A stretch of 63,250 nt of DNA, the filler included. It is 11 parts of 11 records of this genome, joined end to end, with 100 filler letters (N's around TTAATTAATTAA, not from the genome) between each part and the next. Parts side by side here need not be neighbours in the genome. Positions count along the whole stretch, not along the records: positions 1 to 4,816 come from SRR15195285_430; positions 4,917 to 10,311 come from SRR15195285_431; positions 10,412 to 15,974 come from SRR15195285_433; 8 more parts are not named here. The stretch is one strand, 5' to 3'. The notes beneath the pieces are model-generated. The model saw nothing but the letters and a program-made list of their open reading frames with translations, was not told where the DNA came from and made no database searches. This document shows, piece by piece, positions 1 to 11,035 of this stretch (position 1 is its first letter; every line of letters begins with the position of its first letter). A program made the translations under genes and the position numbers.

Positions 1-386
1 GTGTTTATTGTGAGGACAGATTTGTTCTTTGTATCTTTAGTTTAGTTTACTCTTGTCTGCAGCCCACGCAGCCTCTGGTGCTGGTACCGGTACTGGCTGT
101 GGCGTTTGCGCGGTTGAATCATGGAGGCGTCTCTTGCTCAACGCGAGCGCTGATTCTCAATCGTCAATGCAGTTTGATTCGATACTGCAACGACTCTGCA
201 CGATCATATCAATTATCAGCTGCATTTACCAGTGAAAACTTGACCCCTCTCCAGTGAGTCTGTCAGGAATCGCAATCGCATGCAAATCGGGCCTCTTTGC
301 GATACGTACCCCCGGGGGCCAGACATATATAATAGAACGGTACGCAGGGACCGTGACCGACGGGTGGTGGCCGCGCGGGGCCGGCG

Positions 387-3300
387 ATGATGACGATGGC
401 GCCACTGCTGCTACTAATGCTGGCGGCTCCTACGCTGTCGTCGCAGCGTGCTGTGACGCTGGAGGTACCGCAGCGAGTGGGCTTCCGCACACCGGAAGCG
501 AGCGACAGGTACAGAAATGGTTCCAACAGAGGTACGCGTCACCGTGTCACCGGCGGCTTGCTTGCATCAGTCATGACTGAGCTGCCGAGGCTGCTACGCC
601 AGCGGCCTCCCACAGGCGCCCAGGCACTGGCTGGCACTGAACGGAGCTGCGCGCTGCTGCCGACCTGCCTCACCAGGGATCTTTTGGTTTCCTCACACGC
701 TCACGACCATGCCGGACGACGGCGTGATCGTGCTGCGGGTTGCCGTGCACCCAGACGCGGAGCTCGCGAACAACCACGCGGCGATGTTCACCTCGGCAGA
801 CCGTGGCCGCTCGTTCCGATCGCAAACTGCCCCCAGCTGCAGCGCCGCGAACGTGTCAGCGTGCTCACTGCCAATGAGGACCGGCGACGACCGCCGCGTG
901 GGCAGCGAGCAGCCGAAGCGCTTCGGCCCGACGCTGTCCTGGGAGCTTTCCATTCCCCAGAGCGGATGCGCCAGCCAGCCAGACCAGCTCCTGGGCATAC
1001 CCTACCAGACGCACATTGGGCGTACCAATTCGAGCAGTGGCGTGGGCCACAGCCTTGGCTGGAATGCGTCGCTGCTGTCGGTGGATCCTGACGGAACTGT
1101 CGCCGTCACTGAGCCGCGCATCGAAGTCCCTGTCACCGGGCTGCCACATCCGGTTCTCAACGACTCGACTCTCAGCGGTGGGGTCAGACTTGCCAGCGCG
1201 CACGCGTACAGTGGCGCGGGCGTCACGCTCCCTGACGGTTCCCTGCTTGCCCTGCTGACTGACGTTGCGTACGTACCTCGTGCGTGCACGCCGATTAAGG
1301 CGCGTCCGTGCAAGTTCATCCTTGCGATACAGTCGACGAGCTGCGGGCGCAGCTGGCAGTACTTGTCTACGGTGACAGATGGCGGAACGGAGGGCTCGGT
1401 GCTGCAGCTAGACGACGGTCGGCTGCTGGCCGTGTTCAGGCACAACTTTCAAGGCGCGCCGTACCACAGCATGCGCTTCAAGCAAGTGCTCTCAGTGAAC
1501 CACGGCCGGAGCTGGGGAGCTGCGAAGGAGATGCGCGCGGAGGTGCGGGAAAACGCTTTTTTTGCGCCATTTTATGGTGAAAACAATCGTTTTGCCGAGA
1601 CAGGTTCGGGACAAAGATAAGGAAACGCTGACAAACAGGAGCCGTATTTCGCAGGCGGGCAGCGTACCTCCCCACTCAGTGATGCCTACGCTCAAGGCCC
1701 TGACTGGGTCCAGCGGCTACCTACTCTCGGGCGGGCGTGATGGGATGTATCTATGGTACTGCGCAACAACAGCATGTGTGGATGACGGCCAGTGGGTGTC
1801 GACAAACGTTGCCGCGCATCATAACGCCGTTGTTGACGATCCATTTGGACAGTTTCCAGCTGGGTGCGTCAACGAATCAGGTTGGCAGAACATTGGCATG
1901 TTGGGATGCCCAAGCAAATCGTACCTTGGTTTGACCATCCTTGCGCAAGCAAGAACTGCAGCTGATGCAGATACCGACACAGCCAGCTTTGTCGTGTGCT
2001 ACTCACACTGTGGTAACGTGAGCAGCTATGGCTTTTGTTTCAGCGAGATTGGGCGAGGACAGGAAGTATTCTGCGTGCGAGGTGGCTTGACAACAGCCGT
2101 CACTGCGAATACGAGTAGCCTGAAGACAGACGACGCCGATAGTTCGAGCCCTGCTCCTCAATCGCAACACGAGGTCGTCGTGCGAATCCGCACCTTGCAG
2201 ACGGACACAGCACACAACCCGACTCAGCGCTCGTACTGGATGCTGCAAGCGAGATCAGGTGCATCAATAGCAGTCAACGGGAGGTGTGACTCACCGTCGA
2301 CGGAGTGTGAAGGCTTCACTGCGACACAAGTACTATCGCTGATCGAAAAGCTGCGACCGACGACTCTAGAGCGCTTCATCAGTGGGCAGCAGGATCTGTG
2401 GAAGCAGGTGCCTGTAGATGCAGGCCAGCCAAACATGACCGTGAAGGAATTCCTCAATGCTGCCCAGGCGCGCCTCGCGCCAGGTGGCGAGATCACCGTC
2501 CGCGCATCGCTGAATGAGTGGTGCTGCGGGAAGCCCATCTGCCATCCAGGACCTGGTGGCTGCCCTGGTGCCGATGGACCAGTACCAAATGGTGGCTTTG
2601 CTAAGTTCCTCGAGACGACTGCTCAGCTGTGGAAGGTCGGGCAGCAGCTAAATGTGCCATTCAAGACGATCGGGCTCGATAATTGGTCGGGCCCGTGGAA
2701 GTCAGGCGTGCAACCAGCGACGGTGAAGGCGATGCTGCAAGGTGTCCAAGCACAGGGCTGGAATTCCATCGCAGTCAACGAGGTTGGTGGCTTTTTCTCA
2801 TCGTTTGGGTTGGCAGACACTGCGGAGATTGGCGTCGTGCAAGACGCAGAGAAGACCCCACCTGTTGTGGTGGATGCGACAAAGCTGGCCCAAGTCAAGA
2901 ACGCAGGCATTGCAAACGCTGCTGTGTATATCGACTTTCCAGCCCAGTACAGAGACTTTGACACTCTGAGCGTAGACCAGCAGGCAGATAGCCTGGTGGC
3001 GCTCGGTCGCAATCAGACAAAGGGAGGGTATAGGTTTGTGTGGGCAGTGGTGCAAGGGCACTGTACGCCTCTTGGTCACTACAACGGCACACATGGATCG
3101 TGTACGGTTCTCTGCGACACGACCAGGACGATGACGAGCAAGTCGGGCAAGTATGCCGGCAAGAGCCTCTTTGACGTAATTGTTTCAGAAGTTCGGACTT
3201 CGCGTGCGGGCCTGAAGACCGACGACACCAATAGTTCAGAGACAAGGGAGAAGGGCCATGGGGCCACATACTGCCCAGCCATCGACTGGCGAAACGTTCC

Positions 3301-4552
3301 ACCGCCACCGCCGCCGACTCTGCGTGGCAAGGTAGCTCATACCTCGCGCATCCTCACAGCAGGGTCGTACTGCCACGCTGGTGAGACTGGCGGTACCTGC
3401 GGTGGGTATCTGGACTATGGCGGTCCCACCTGCGTACTGAGCGCGAACGAGACGCTGCTATGCTTCTTCTGCGGAGAGAAGAAAATTCACTCCGACGACG
3501 ACAATTGGGCGGATGTAGTGCTACGTCGCTCGTTCGACAGAGGCCGGTCATGGCAGCCGTTGCAGGTTGTAGCGTCGGATAACAACGCGTCGACGCCACG
3601 GGGTGAGTGGCAGACGTACGGGAACACAGCTGCTGTGCTGGACCGCAGCACTGGCAAGATCGTCCTGCTGTTCGACAAGAACAACACTCGGCTGCTCGTC
3701 ACATCTTCGTCGGACCACGGTGCGACCTTCGAGTCGCCACGCGATATCACTGCCGCCACCAAGCCGAAAAATTGGGGCTGGACAGCGGTCTCTTTTTCCG
3801 GAGTGCAGCTGCGCACAGGGCCGCACCGAGGGAGGATGGTAGTCGCGCTCTGCTTCTTCGATCACTTCCCTGAGATATATCCGCCATACCGAGGCGATTG
3901 GTACCCAATATCTCGATCGGGCGTCCTTTATAGCGACACCGGCGGCAGGACGTGGGAGGCAGGAGGTCACACGCAGGTTAACATGACAGATAACGAAGCA
4001 GCGATTAGTGAGCTAGCCGACGGTACACTGGTGCTGAACAGCAGAAATTATCTCGGGGCCTCGCACTACGGCACCATCCACCCGTATGGTCAGAGCGACT
4101 ATGGAGAGGGCTACAACTACAGCGCGCACCCACCGCACCGCGGCCTCTCCTTCTCCACCGATTCTGGCGCAACTTTCTCAGACACGTACCACCCGCCGGC
4201 GCTCGAGGGTCCGACCTGCGAGGGAGCGCAGCTGACTGGGTGGGACACACCCGCTGAGCTAGGGATTGCCGGCAACCAGACGCTGTTCTTCACTAACCCT
4301 GCCGCTACGTTCGAGCGTGCAAACTTGACGATGAAGATGTCAGTCGATGGGGGGTGCGGGTGGTCGGAGGTCGTGCGTGTGAATACAGGCACGAGTATGT
4401 ACTCGTCGATCGTGCAGTTTGTCGACGGAGCCATCGGGGTGGCGTTCGACGATGGCAGCGACATCCACTGCCCGCCAAAGAGCACTTACGGTTGCGGCTC
4501 AAACAACGAGACGTTCAAACTGATCGAGCTGAGCAAGGCAGTTCCTACATGA
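387..4552 (+). CDS. Secreted multi-module protein: signal peptide + BNR/Asp-box beta-propeller + unknown module + GH33 sialidase-like module, separated by LKTDD linkers
   Basis: Exons 387-531, 677-1542, 1655-4552; GT-AG introns 532-676 (phase 1) and 1543-1654 (phase 0) join three ORFs in frame. Hydrophobic N-terminus MMTMAPLLLLMLAAP. Asp boxes SADRGRSF, STSCGRSW, SVNHGRSW, SFDRGRSW, SSDHGATF, SDTGGRTW, STDSGATF, SVDGGCGW. Sialidase-like NEAAISELADGTLVLNSR, ERANLT, SMYSS. Confidence 0.85.
1543..1654 (+). mobile_element. Introner-like spliceosomal intron (112 nt) with imperfect complementary ends
   Basis: GTGCGGGAAAACG...CGTATTTCGCAG; removal restores EMRAE|AGSVP; the ends can base-pair; A/T tracts contrast with the GC-rich exons. 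Mobility is inferred, only one copy is in the window. Confidence 0.5.
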
Positions 4553-4816
4553 ATGATATTGTAGCAAGTGTTCTCCAGGCCCCTTCTCCTACTTGACTCC
4601 CTCGATAGGTCCATGCTGATCTCAAGCTTACCGCTGCATAACCTATCGACACAGGCATAGGCTAGCTCGGTGTCAATATTTTTATGCCCGGTGTCACTAT
4701 TTAAAAGCTCAAAAACCGGACTATGCATTTTCGTCGTTGGTGGCCACGATTGGCGTACTAGTAGGACGACGCCCCTAGCCTCAGCGCACCCGGAGCCGCT
4801 CGGTTTGGTGGCATGT

Positions 4817-4916
4817 NNNNNNNNNNNNNNNNNNNNNNNNNNNNNNNNNNNNNNNNNNNNTTAATTAATTAANNNNNNNNNNNNNNNNNNNNNNNNNNNN
4901 NNNNNNNNNNNNNNNN
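4817..4916. other. Artificial contig spacer (N44-TTAATTAATTAA-N44); same spacer at 10312-10411, 15975-16074, 23501-23600, 30284-30383, 37031-37130, 44129-44228, 50035-50134, 53930-54029, 58937-59036
   Basis: Identical 100-nt linker with stops in all six frames, present ten times. Confidence 0.98.
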
Positions 4917-5138
4917 ACCTTACGGCACCAGTCAAAATTTACAAAAAAATCAGAGTTTTTCTGCGATGATTTGCTGTGGGCGCCCTGGCGCCGCGCCGGG
5001 TCTGTGCGTGCGCCATGCACGCGCCCACGCACGCACGCACCGGCGGCGCGACGCGCGGTCGAATGAACGCGCGCGCGAGGTCGCGTCGCGGTACTAGCTA
5101 GCTGCTATAGTACGCGCCGGTGGCACCGACCCGGCGAT

Positions 5139-8100
5139 ATGAAGGAGAACAAGACCATGATGGCCCTCCTGGCCGTGGCGGTGATTCTGGGCACGCTGGG
5201 CCAGAGCAACGCACAGACGGCGCTCGACCTCTTCCAGCAGGCGCAGGCGCTGGAGAACGAGGGCTGCACGATCACGTACGTGCCTTCTTGTCTCCTTCCT
5301 GTTCGTCTCTCTCCGTCATCCCTCTCTTACGGATTCGTTGGCACTCTGGAGAGAGAAGCTATTTCCTCTGCTATTGGGGGTTCGGAATGTTTTGCTGCTG
5401 GTGTTGGTCAAGATGCTGATTCAATGGGAGCAGGTACCCTCGGGGGCAGGTGCACGGTGGGGGTCATCGTCGGCTGCAGCTCGGCCTCGGCGCCTTGACC
5501 TCCCAGACATGCTCGCTCGCAACCGTCCAAGACCGAGCGGCAGAGGTGGACGCAGCCTGCTGCCCAGGAGACTCATGCGGTGGGCAGCAGCCCAGTTCGT
5601 GCGACTACCACTGCGCTAGCCACTTCGTGCCGTTCTATGCAGACTGTGGCACGCTCCTCAGCTCCGTCGGCCAAGATATGAGCGCGGTCAACGACATGTG
5701 TACGCCCAGCAGCACCAGCCAGATATCCAAGGCGGTGCAGAAGGCGGTGTGCCCTGACGCAATTCTTAGCTGCCACAATCCGACAGGCCCGATCTTGTGC
5801 GTCGATGAGACCGCCGGCGGTGGCGCCAACGCGGCAGAACTATCCGAGTGTACCAGCTGGACCAGCCAGGGTGGTGGGTGGAGAGCCAGTGGCGAACCAT
5901 GTGGTGGTATTGAATCGATCACAGGCTCTGCAAATTTGATCCAGAACGGAGATTTTGAGACCCCAACGCTTGCGCAGGCGGATTGCATGGGTGGGCATGA
6001 CTCGTCGTTCCGTGGGGACGACCATTGCCAGTACAAGTACTTGTACCCACCCATCTCAGAGTTTTGCCACGCCGACTGCCAAATTCCTGGGTGGCAAATT
6101 GGTGAGGCTGACACGGTTGCATCCGCAGGAGTCTACATTGCTCTAGCCGAGAACGGGAATATACCATGGGGAGGACTTGATTCACACATGGGTCGCCAGT
6201 ATCTTGTGTTGGAGGGCGCGGGAACTTACGCACAGCAGACACTCTTTGGCTTGCAACGTGGATCAGTCTACGAAGTCCGTCTACGGATGGCCAATCGGCC
6301 CGGCTATGGTGATGAAGAGAGCGTGGTGATCAAGGTGGACAACCATGTGGTCGGCGAGAGCAGCCATCCTCCCGACGACTTTGAACAATTTGGAACTGCT
6401 TTTACTGCTCGGAGCTCACAACCTGTACTGCGGATCGAGAACGACACTCCTAGTGACGATGATACGGCACTATTCATCGATGAGGTGACGGTCACGCCCG
6501 TGCAATTGGGAGCTGCAGTGGCCATTACCAACGGCGGTTTTGACGAACAGAGCGTGACTGATGACGGCGGCTTCACGTACACGACACCACAGGGGTGGAC
6601 TAGCTCGGGATCTGTGTTGATACAATCGGGTGCGTCGCCCTGGGGAGGTGTATCTGCCAACTCGGGGACCAACTTTCTTGGCCTGCAAGGGATGGGCGCT
6701 TATGTAGAACAGACAGTAGGTGGTCTCTCCGCTGGCACAACGTATGTCATCCAGTTCAGCTTTGGCGATCGTCCTGGGTACGGCGAAGACGAGATGATGC
6801 ACGTGAAAATCGATGGTGTTGTGATATGGGAAAGCATGCACCCTGAAGATGGGATGTCTTGGTACTCAGCAGTCTTTACAGCGGCGGCCGAAGCTGCTGT
6901 GCTTCGATTTGAAAACGATTCTCCGGAAGGCGACCGGTCTGTATTCCTTGACTCTGTGTCTATATTTACGACAGCAAACGGGCTGTCAGTTGTCCTTCCC
7001 GATTCATCTAGCGAATTGCAGCTATTTGACTTCCAGCTGTTGAACATTCCAATGACCTGGGAGGACGCAGAAGCCGAGTGCGAGCGCCGCAACCGTAAGC
7101 TAGCGTCAGTGCACTCCATCGAGGAGAACAACTATATTGCAACACTTCACCACGCAGACGATGCTGGCTTGTATGACGGGGCGTGGATCGGCGCACGTGA
7201 TTCAGCTGATGGTACTGGCGAACCAGGCTGCTGCTGGTCGTGGGTAGACGGCACAGAGTTCGGTGCGGCGCCTTCAGTTTTCCTAGCCACTATCAAGCCT
7301 GACTGATCCTGATATATGCAATTTTTTTGCTGTAGATTGGCACAACTGGGGTGCCGGCGAGCCCAACAACGGGCGCGCAACCTGCCCAGCGGATATTCGT
7401 GACGATGGGACGTGTGGCGAGAACGTGGCGCTGATTGCTGCTCACTTTTCTACTTGGGACGATCATCCAGAGTCAGGCGGTGGCAACGAACGCGACGCCG
7501 CCCGAAGCGACTACCAGTGGAATGATGCTGGGTCATCGTCCTTGGAACAAGCTGTCTGTGGCGCACCGTCCCAAGCAGGATCGCGGACCACCTTAGCATA
7601 CTACTCGTTCGACGATGGCACTCCACGCGATTGGAGCGGCAACCATAGAGATGGCGTCATTGAGGGTGGCGTCACGTTTGTTGATACTGGTGTCTCAGGC
7701 AAGTCGGCCAGCTTTGACGGGACGGGTCGAATTGTTGTGTCTGCGTTCCGGAACTGGGCGTGGGGGCAGCATTTTGCAGTTTCGACATGGTTTATGCGTA
7801 GTCCAGACGGTGCAGGCAACTACGAAGGCATCGTCAACAATGGGTACTACACGCATGGGTCTTGGGAAATCCGCATGGGGAGAGAGATGGGTGGCACCTC
7901 AATAGGCGGTGGAATCATTACGGAAGGGCACGGTGAAGCTTGGGATGTCAACGGCCTTGGGGCCCGTGTCAATGTATGGCACCACGTTGCCCTCGTGTAT
8001 GACTCGGACACAGTACATTTTTACCTCGATGGACAGCGCACTACAGATCAAGCCGACCACGGTGACATCGTCGCGCGAGCGACTGATGTGGTCATTGGCC

Positions 8101-9959
8101 AAGCAGGAACCGGAAGTGATCACGAGGTGAGCAATGCCATCTCTGCGGCTCGCTGGCCTCTCACAAAACTTTCTCAATCGCGCCGATGCTTCCTGCCATA
8201 TCGGACAGTACTTTACCGGGCTCATCGACGAGGTGAAGATCTTCAGCCGCGCCCTAGGACACGATGAAGTGCTGGAGATATTTCGCTCGACTGTCCACAA
8301 TGGTAAGCTTTGTGTCTATGCCTGCTCTTGATGTCGTACCAGCAACTGACTGTCATTGCGTTTAAACTCAGGTGGACACTGCGAAAACCAGGCTAGCCAT
8401 TCGCATTGCGACACGTCCAGTGGAGATGGGAACTTTGATTATTGTGACGGAACGAGTGCAAGGCAGGTCCATGATTTAGGAGCAGCACACGGGACTGTCG
8501 GACAGCCAGAGTACGAGAGTGGAAACATTGGAGACTCAAATGAGGTCTGCCACCCGAGCGCCTCTCTCATTGCTGATGGCGAACCAGCGGGACTAGCACG
8601 AAACAGTCGCAACTATGGCGTTCTTGATGGCCATGCTGTTACTGCCTGCCTCGAGGTCGAATGGGACGCAGAACTGATGAGCTCGGGAATCAGATTTGCG
8701 GCAGCGTCTTCCGACGAAGAAGTCTGCCAATCTGCAGACTATAACTGCGCAAGTGAGTACTGTGGCACTGGGGGATCGTTTCTGGTGTTCGCGTCCGGCG
8801 GTCAAAGGGCGGGTCTCACGGACTACAGCTCGTTTTTTTACCAGGGTACGGCAACCATCGCCACGGATGATGGCGGCGCGGGCAATGGGATCGACGGTGC
8901 AATGCTTTTCGATGAGATGACATTTGACCAAGGTGAACAAGCGGTGCAGTACTTGATGCTCTGCCGGTCAGGCGCAGGTCGCGCTCGAGATAATATTTTG
9001 ATTGACTACGTTGCGCTTCGAGCATCTGCTCGCGACTATGAAGAAAGTGCTGGCAGCCATTGTGACCCACGTCCTGCTCCACCACCGCCTCCACGTGGTG
9101 AAGCATTTGCGCCTCGGCCATACTTCAATGTCAACAGCTACGATGGTGTATCATACAACGGCAGAGAATGGGTGGATGTCGCCGGCACTGGGTCCGAAGC
9201 AGCCGTTAGTGGAGCGCACTTTGTGCAGGCCACCCTCCCGAAGCATTTCCAATTTGACGGCGATACTCACTTCGTCTTCGATGATCCAGCTGTGTTCGAC
9301 TTCCGCGGGGACTTCAGCGTGTCTGTTACTGTGAGGCCCCCGCCAAATCTTGAGCCGTTCCATATGCTCCTATCGCGACGCCGTGACTCCGACTACACAA
9401 CACACCACCAGTTGTTCGTTGATACACGGTGAGCACGTGCTAACACTGCTTGTTCATTGATCCACGTATGACGTACACGTGCTAACACTGCTTGTTCATT
9501 CCTGTGACAGGAGCACGTGGGTTGGAGATTGGCTGGTAAGCGGTTCTGTCTATGCCTGCTCTTGATGTTGCACCAATAACTAACTGTCATTGCGTTTATC
9601 CGAAGGTGGGCGAGCCAGTAGCCGTATTCTACATGGGCACGGGCACTGACGGTGTGTGGGCATATACAGCACCTTTCGCTGTCGGTGACTTCGTTCATCT
9701 GACGTTCGTTGTGAGTGCTGGGCGAATCTGTGGATACACCAACGGTGTCAGGTCTGGCGATTGCTCAGCGAATCTCAGCGACAATCTGAGACAGCTCGGT
9801 ACCGGAGTACCTCTTGAGGTCGGCGGTGAAGACTCGTACACATCGCATCCGCTATGGTCGATGGCGTCAGTCATTTACTATGATCGAGCACTATCAGAGG
9901 AGGAGGTCAGCTACAACTACGCTGCATCGAATTGCCTCGAGCTGGAAAGCGGCTGTTGA
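5139..9959 (+). CDS. Secreted multidomain lectin-like protein (Cys-rich N-domain, two DUF642/CBM-like beta-sandwiches, C-type lectin, two LamG/ConA-like domains)
   Basis: Exons 5139-5275, 5434-7262, 7336-8126, 8209-8302, 8372-9428, 9511-9535, 9606-9959; all introns GT-AG and frame-consistent. Signal peptide; NLIQNGDFE and ITNGGFDE repeats; CTLD motifs TWEDAEAEC, WIG, WVDGTEFDWHNWGAGEPNN; LamG motifs WHHVALVYD, FTGLIDEVKIFSRAL, YYDRALSEEEV. Confidence 0.85.
9434..9500 (+). repeat. 25-bp perfect direct repeat inside intron 9429-9510
   Basis: CACGTGCTAACACTGCTTGTTCATT at 9434-9458 and 9476-9500; each copy contains a branch-point-like GCTAAC. Confidence 0.9.
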
Positions 9960-10205
9960 GTCATCTCCGACTCATCTGTACGCTAATTGCAAGTAGCCGG
10001 ATTCTTTATCACCGGTGTCATGTGCGACATGTGTTATCGACCCACCAGCGCTGGGCGTAATTTACGATGATATTGAAGAGAATCACTGCAGTTTCAGTTT
10101 ACATTTTGCGTCCCTCGTATAGCAGACCTATAAGTGAGGTAACACAATCAAGGTGGAGCCACACTCTCTTGCACTGAGCCATTCTCTGGACTACGCATGC
10201 CACAA

Positions 10206-10311
10206 TCACAAAGCAATCTGTGACTCTACAGCCAGCTCATCGGCTGCTGGCTCATCAGCTGCTAGCTCAGGCTCGACATCAGCTTCGACAGGCTGCGACT
10301 CTACAGCCAGC
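10206..10311 (-). CDS. 3' end of a truncated gene with acidic repeats (LAVESQ...EPAADELAVESQIAL*)
   Basis: Open frame from the contig edge to TGA at 10206-10208, with a repeated peptide. Confidence 0.4.
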
Positions 10312-10411
10312 NNNNNNNNNNNNNNNNNNNNNNNNNNNNNNNNNNNNNNNNNNNNTTAATTAATTAANNNNNNNNNNNNNNNNNNNNNNNNNNNNNNNNN
10401 NNNNNNNNNNN

Positions 10412-10604
10412 CCTCCTCCATCTGTGCTTGTTTCGTGCCTTCCCACGTGGCGGAGTCGGTCCTGGCTGTCGTGGGCCGGCTTGACGCCGACCCGAAGCTG
10501 GAAGGGAAGGGATTGGGCGCGGCTTTTGCCCGCTCCTCCCCGGACCTTCTGGCGGAGGCGGAGGGGAACGCGCTGGCTGCAACCGAGGCGGCCAGGGTCG
10601 CCAT
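10412..10604 (-). CDS. 5' fragment of an unknown gene cut by the contig end
   Basis: ATG in ACCATGG context, GC-rich open frame running into the spacer; no recognisable domain. Confidence 0.35.
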
Positions 10605-11035
10605 GGTCTTGGGCGGCGCGAATTTGCAGACAAGAGGAATTCAATATTCATTCGCCGAATCTGGGCACTGGATCGCGTCCCGGCATTCACTTGAAACTCG
10701 TAGGATTTCCAGCATTTTCCCGCGTATATACGAGTCAATGACGCTGCACGAACTCGCAATTCTGTGCAGTTCTGAGCATCTCTTACACTTGCTTTTAGTC
10801 GAGTTTGCAGTCCAGAGAATCCGGTGAAAACTCGACGGCATTTGCCAGTACAATTGAAGGGAGTCTGAGTTAGCAGTACGTCGAGTGTTTCGATGTATGA
10901 AATTGAATGAATGTTGAATCATACTGCCTGTACCCGGATATGCGGTACGCGATCGATGCGCGTGCGTGGCGCTGCGCGCGTCGCGTTCGCCGGCGCGCGG
11001 GGTGCCGTTGCGGTCGTTTTACGTGATTGCAGAAG

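Noticed and set aside
37-225. Minus-strand frame with an in-frame TGA (…NCIDD*ESALA…PVPVPAPE…) as a second selenoprotein
   Set aside because: No redox motif, fold resemblance or SECIS; more likely a decayed fragment or chance.
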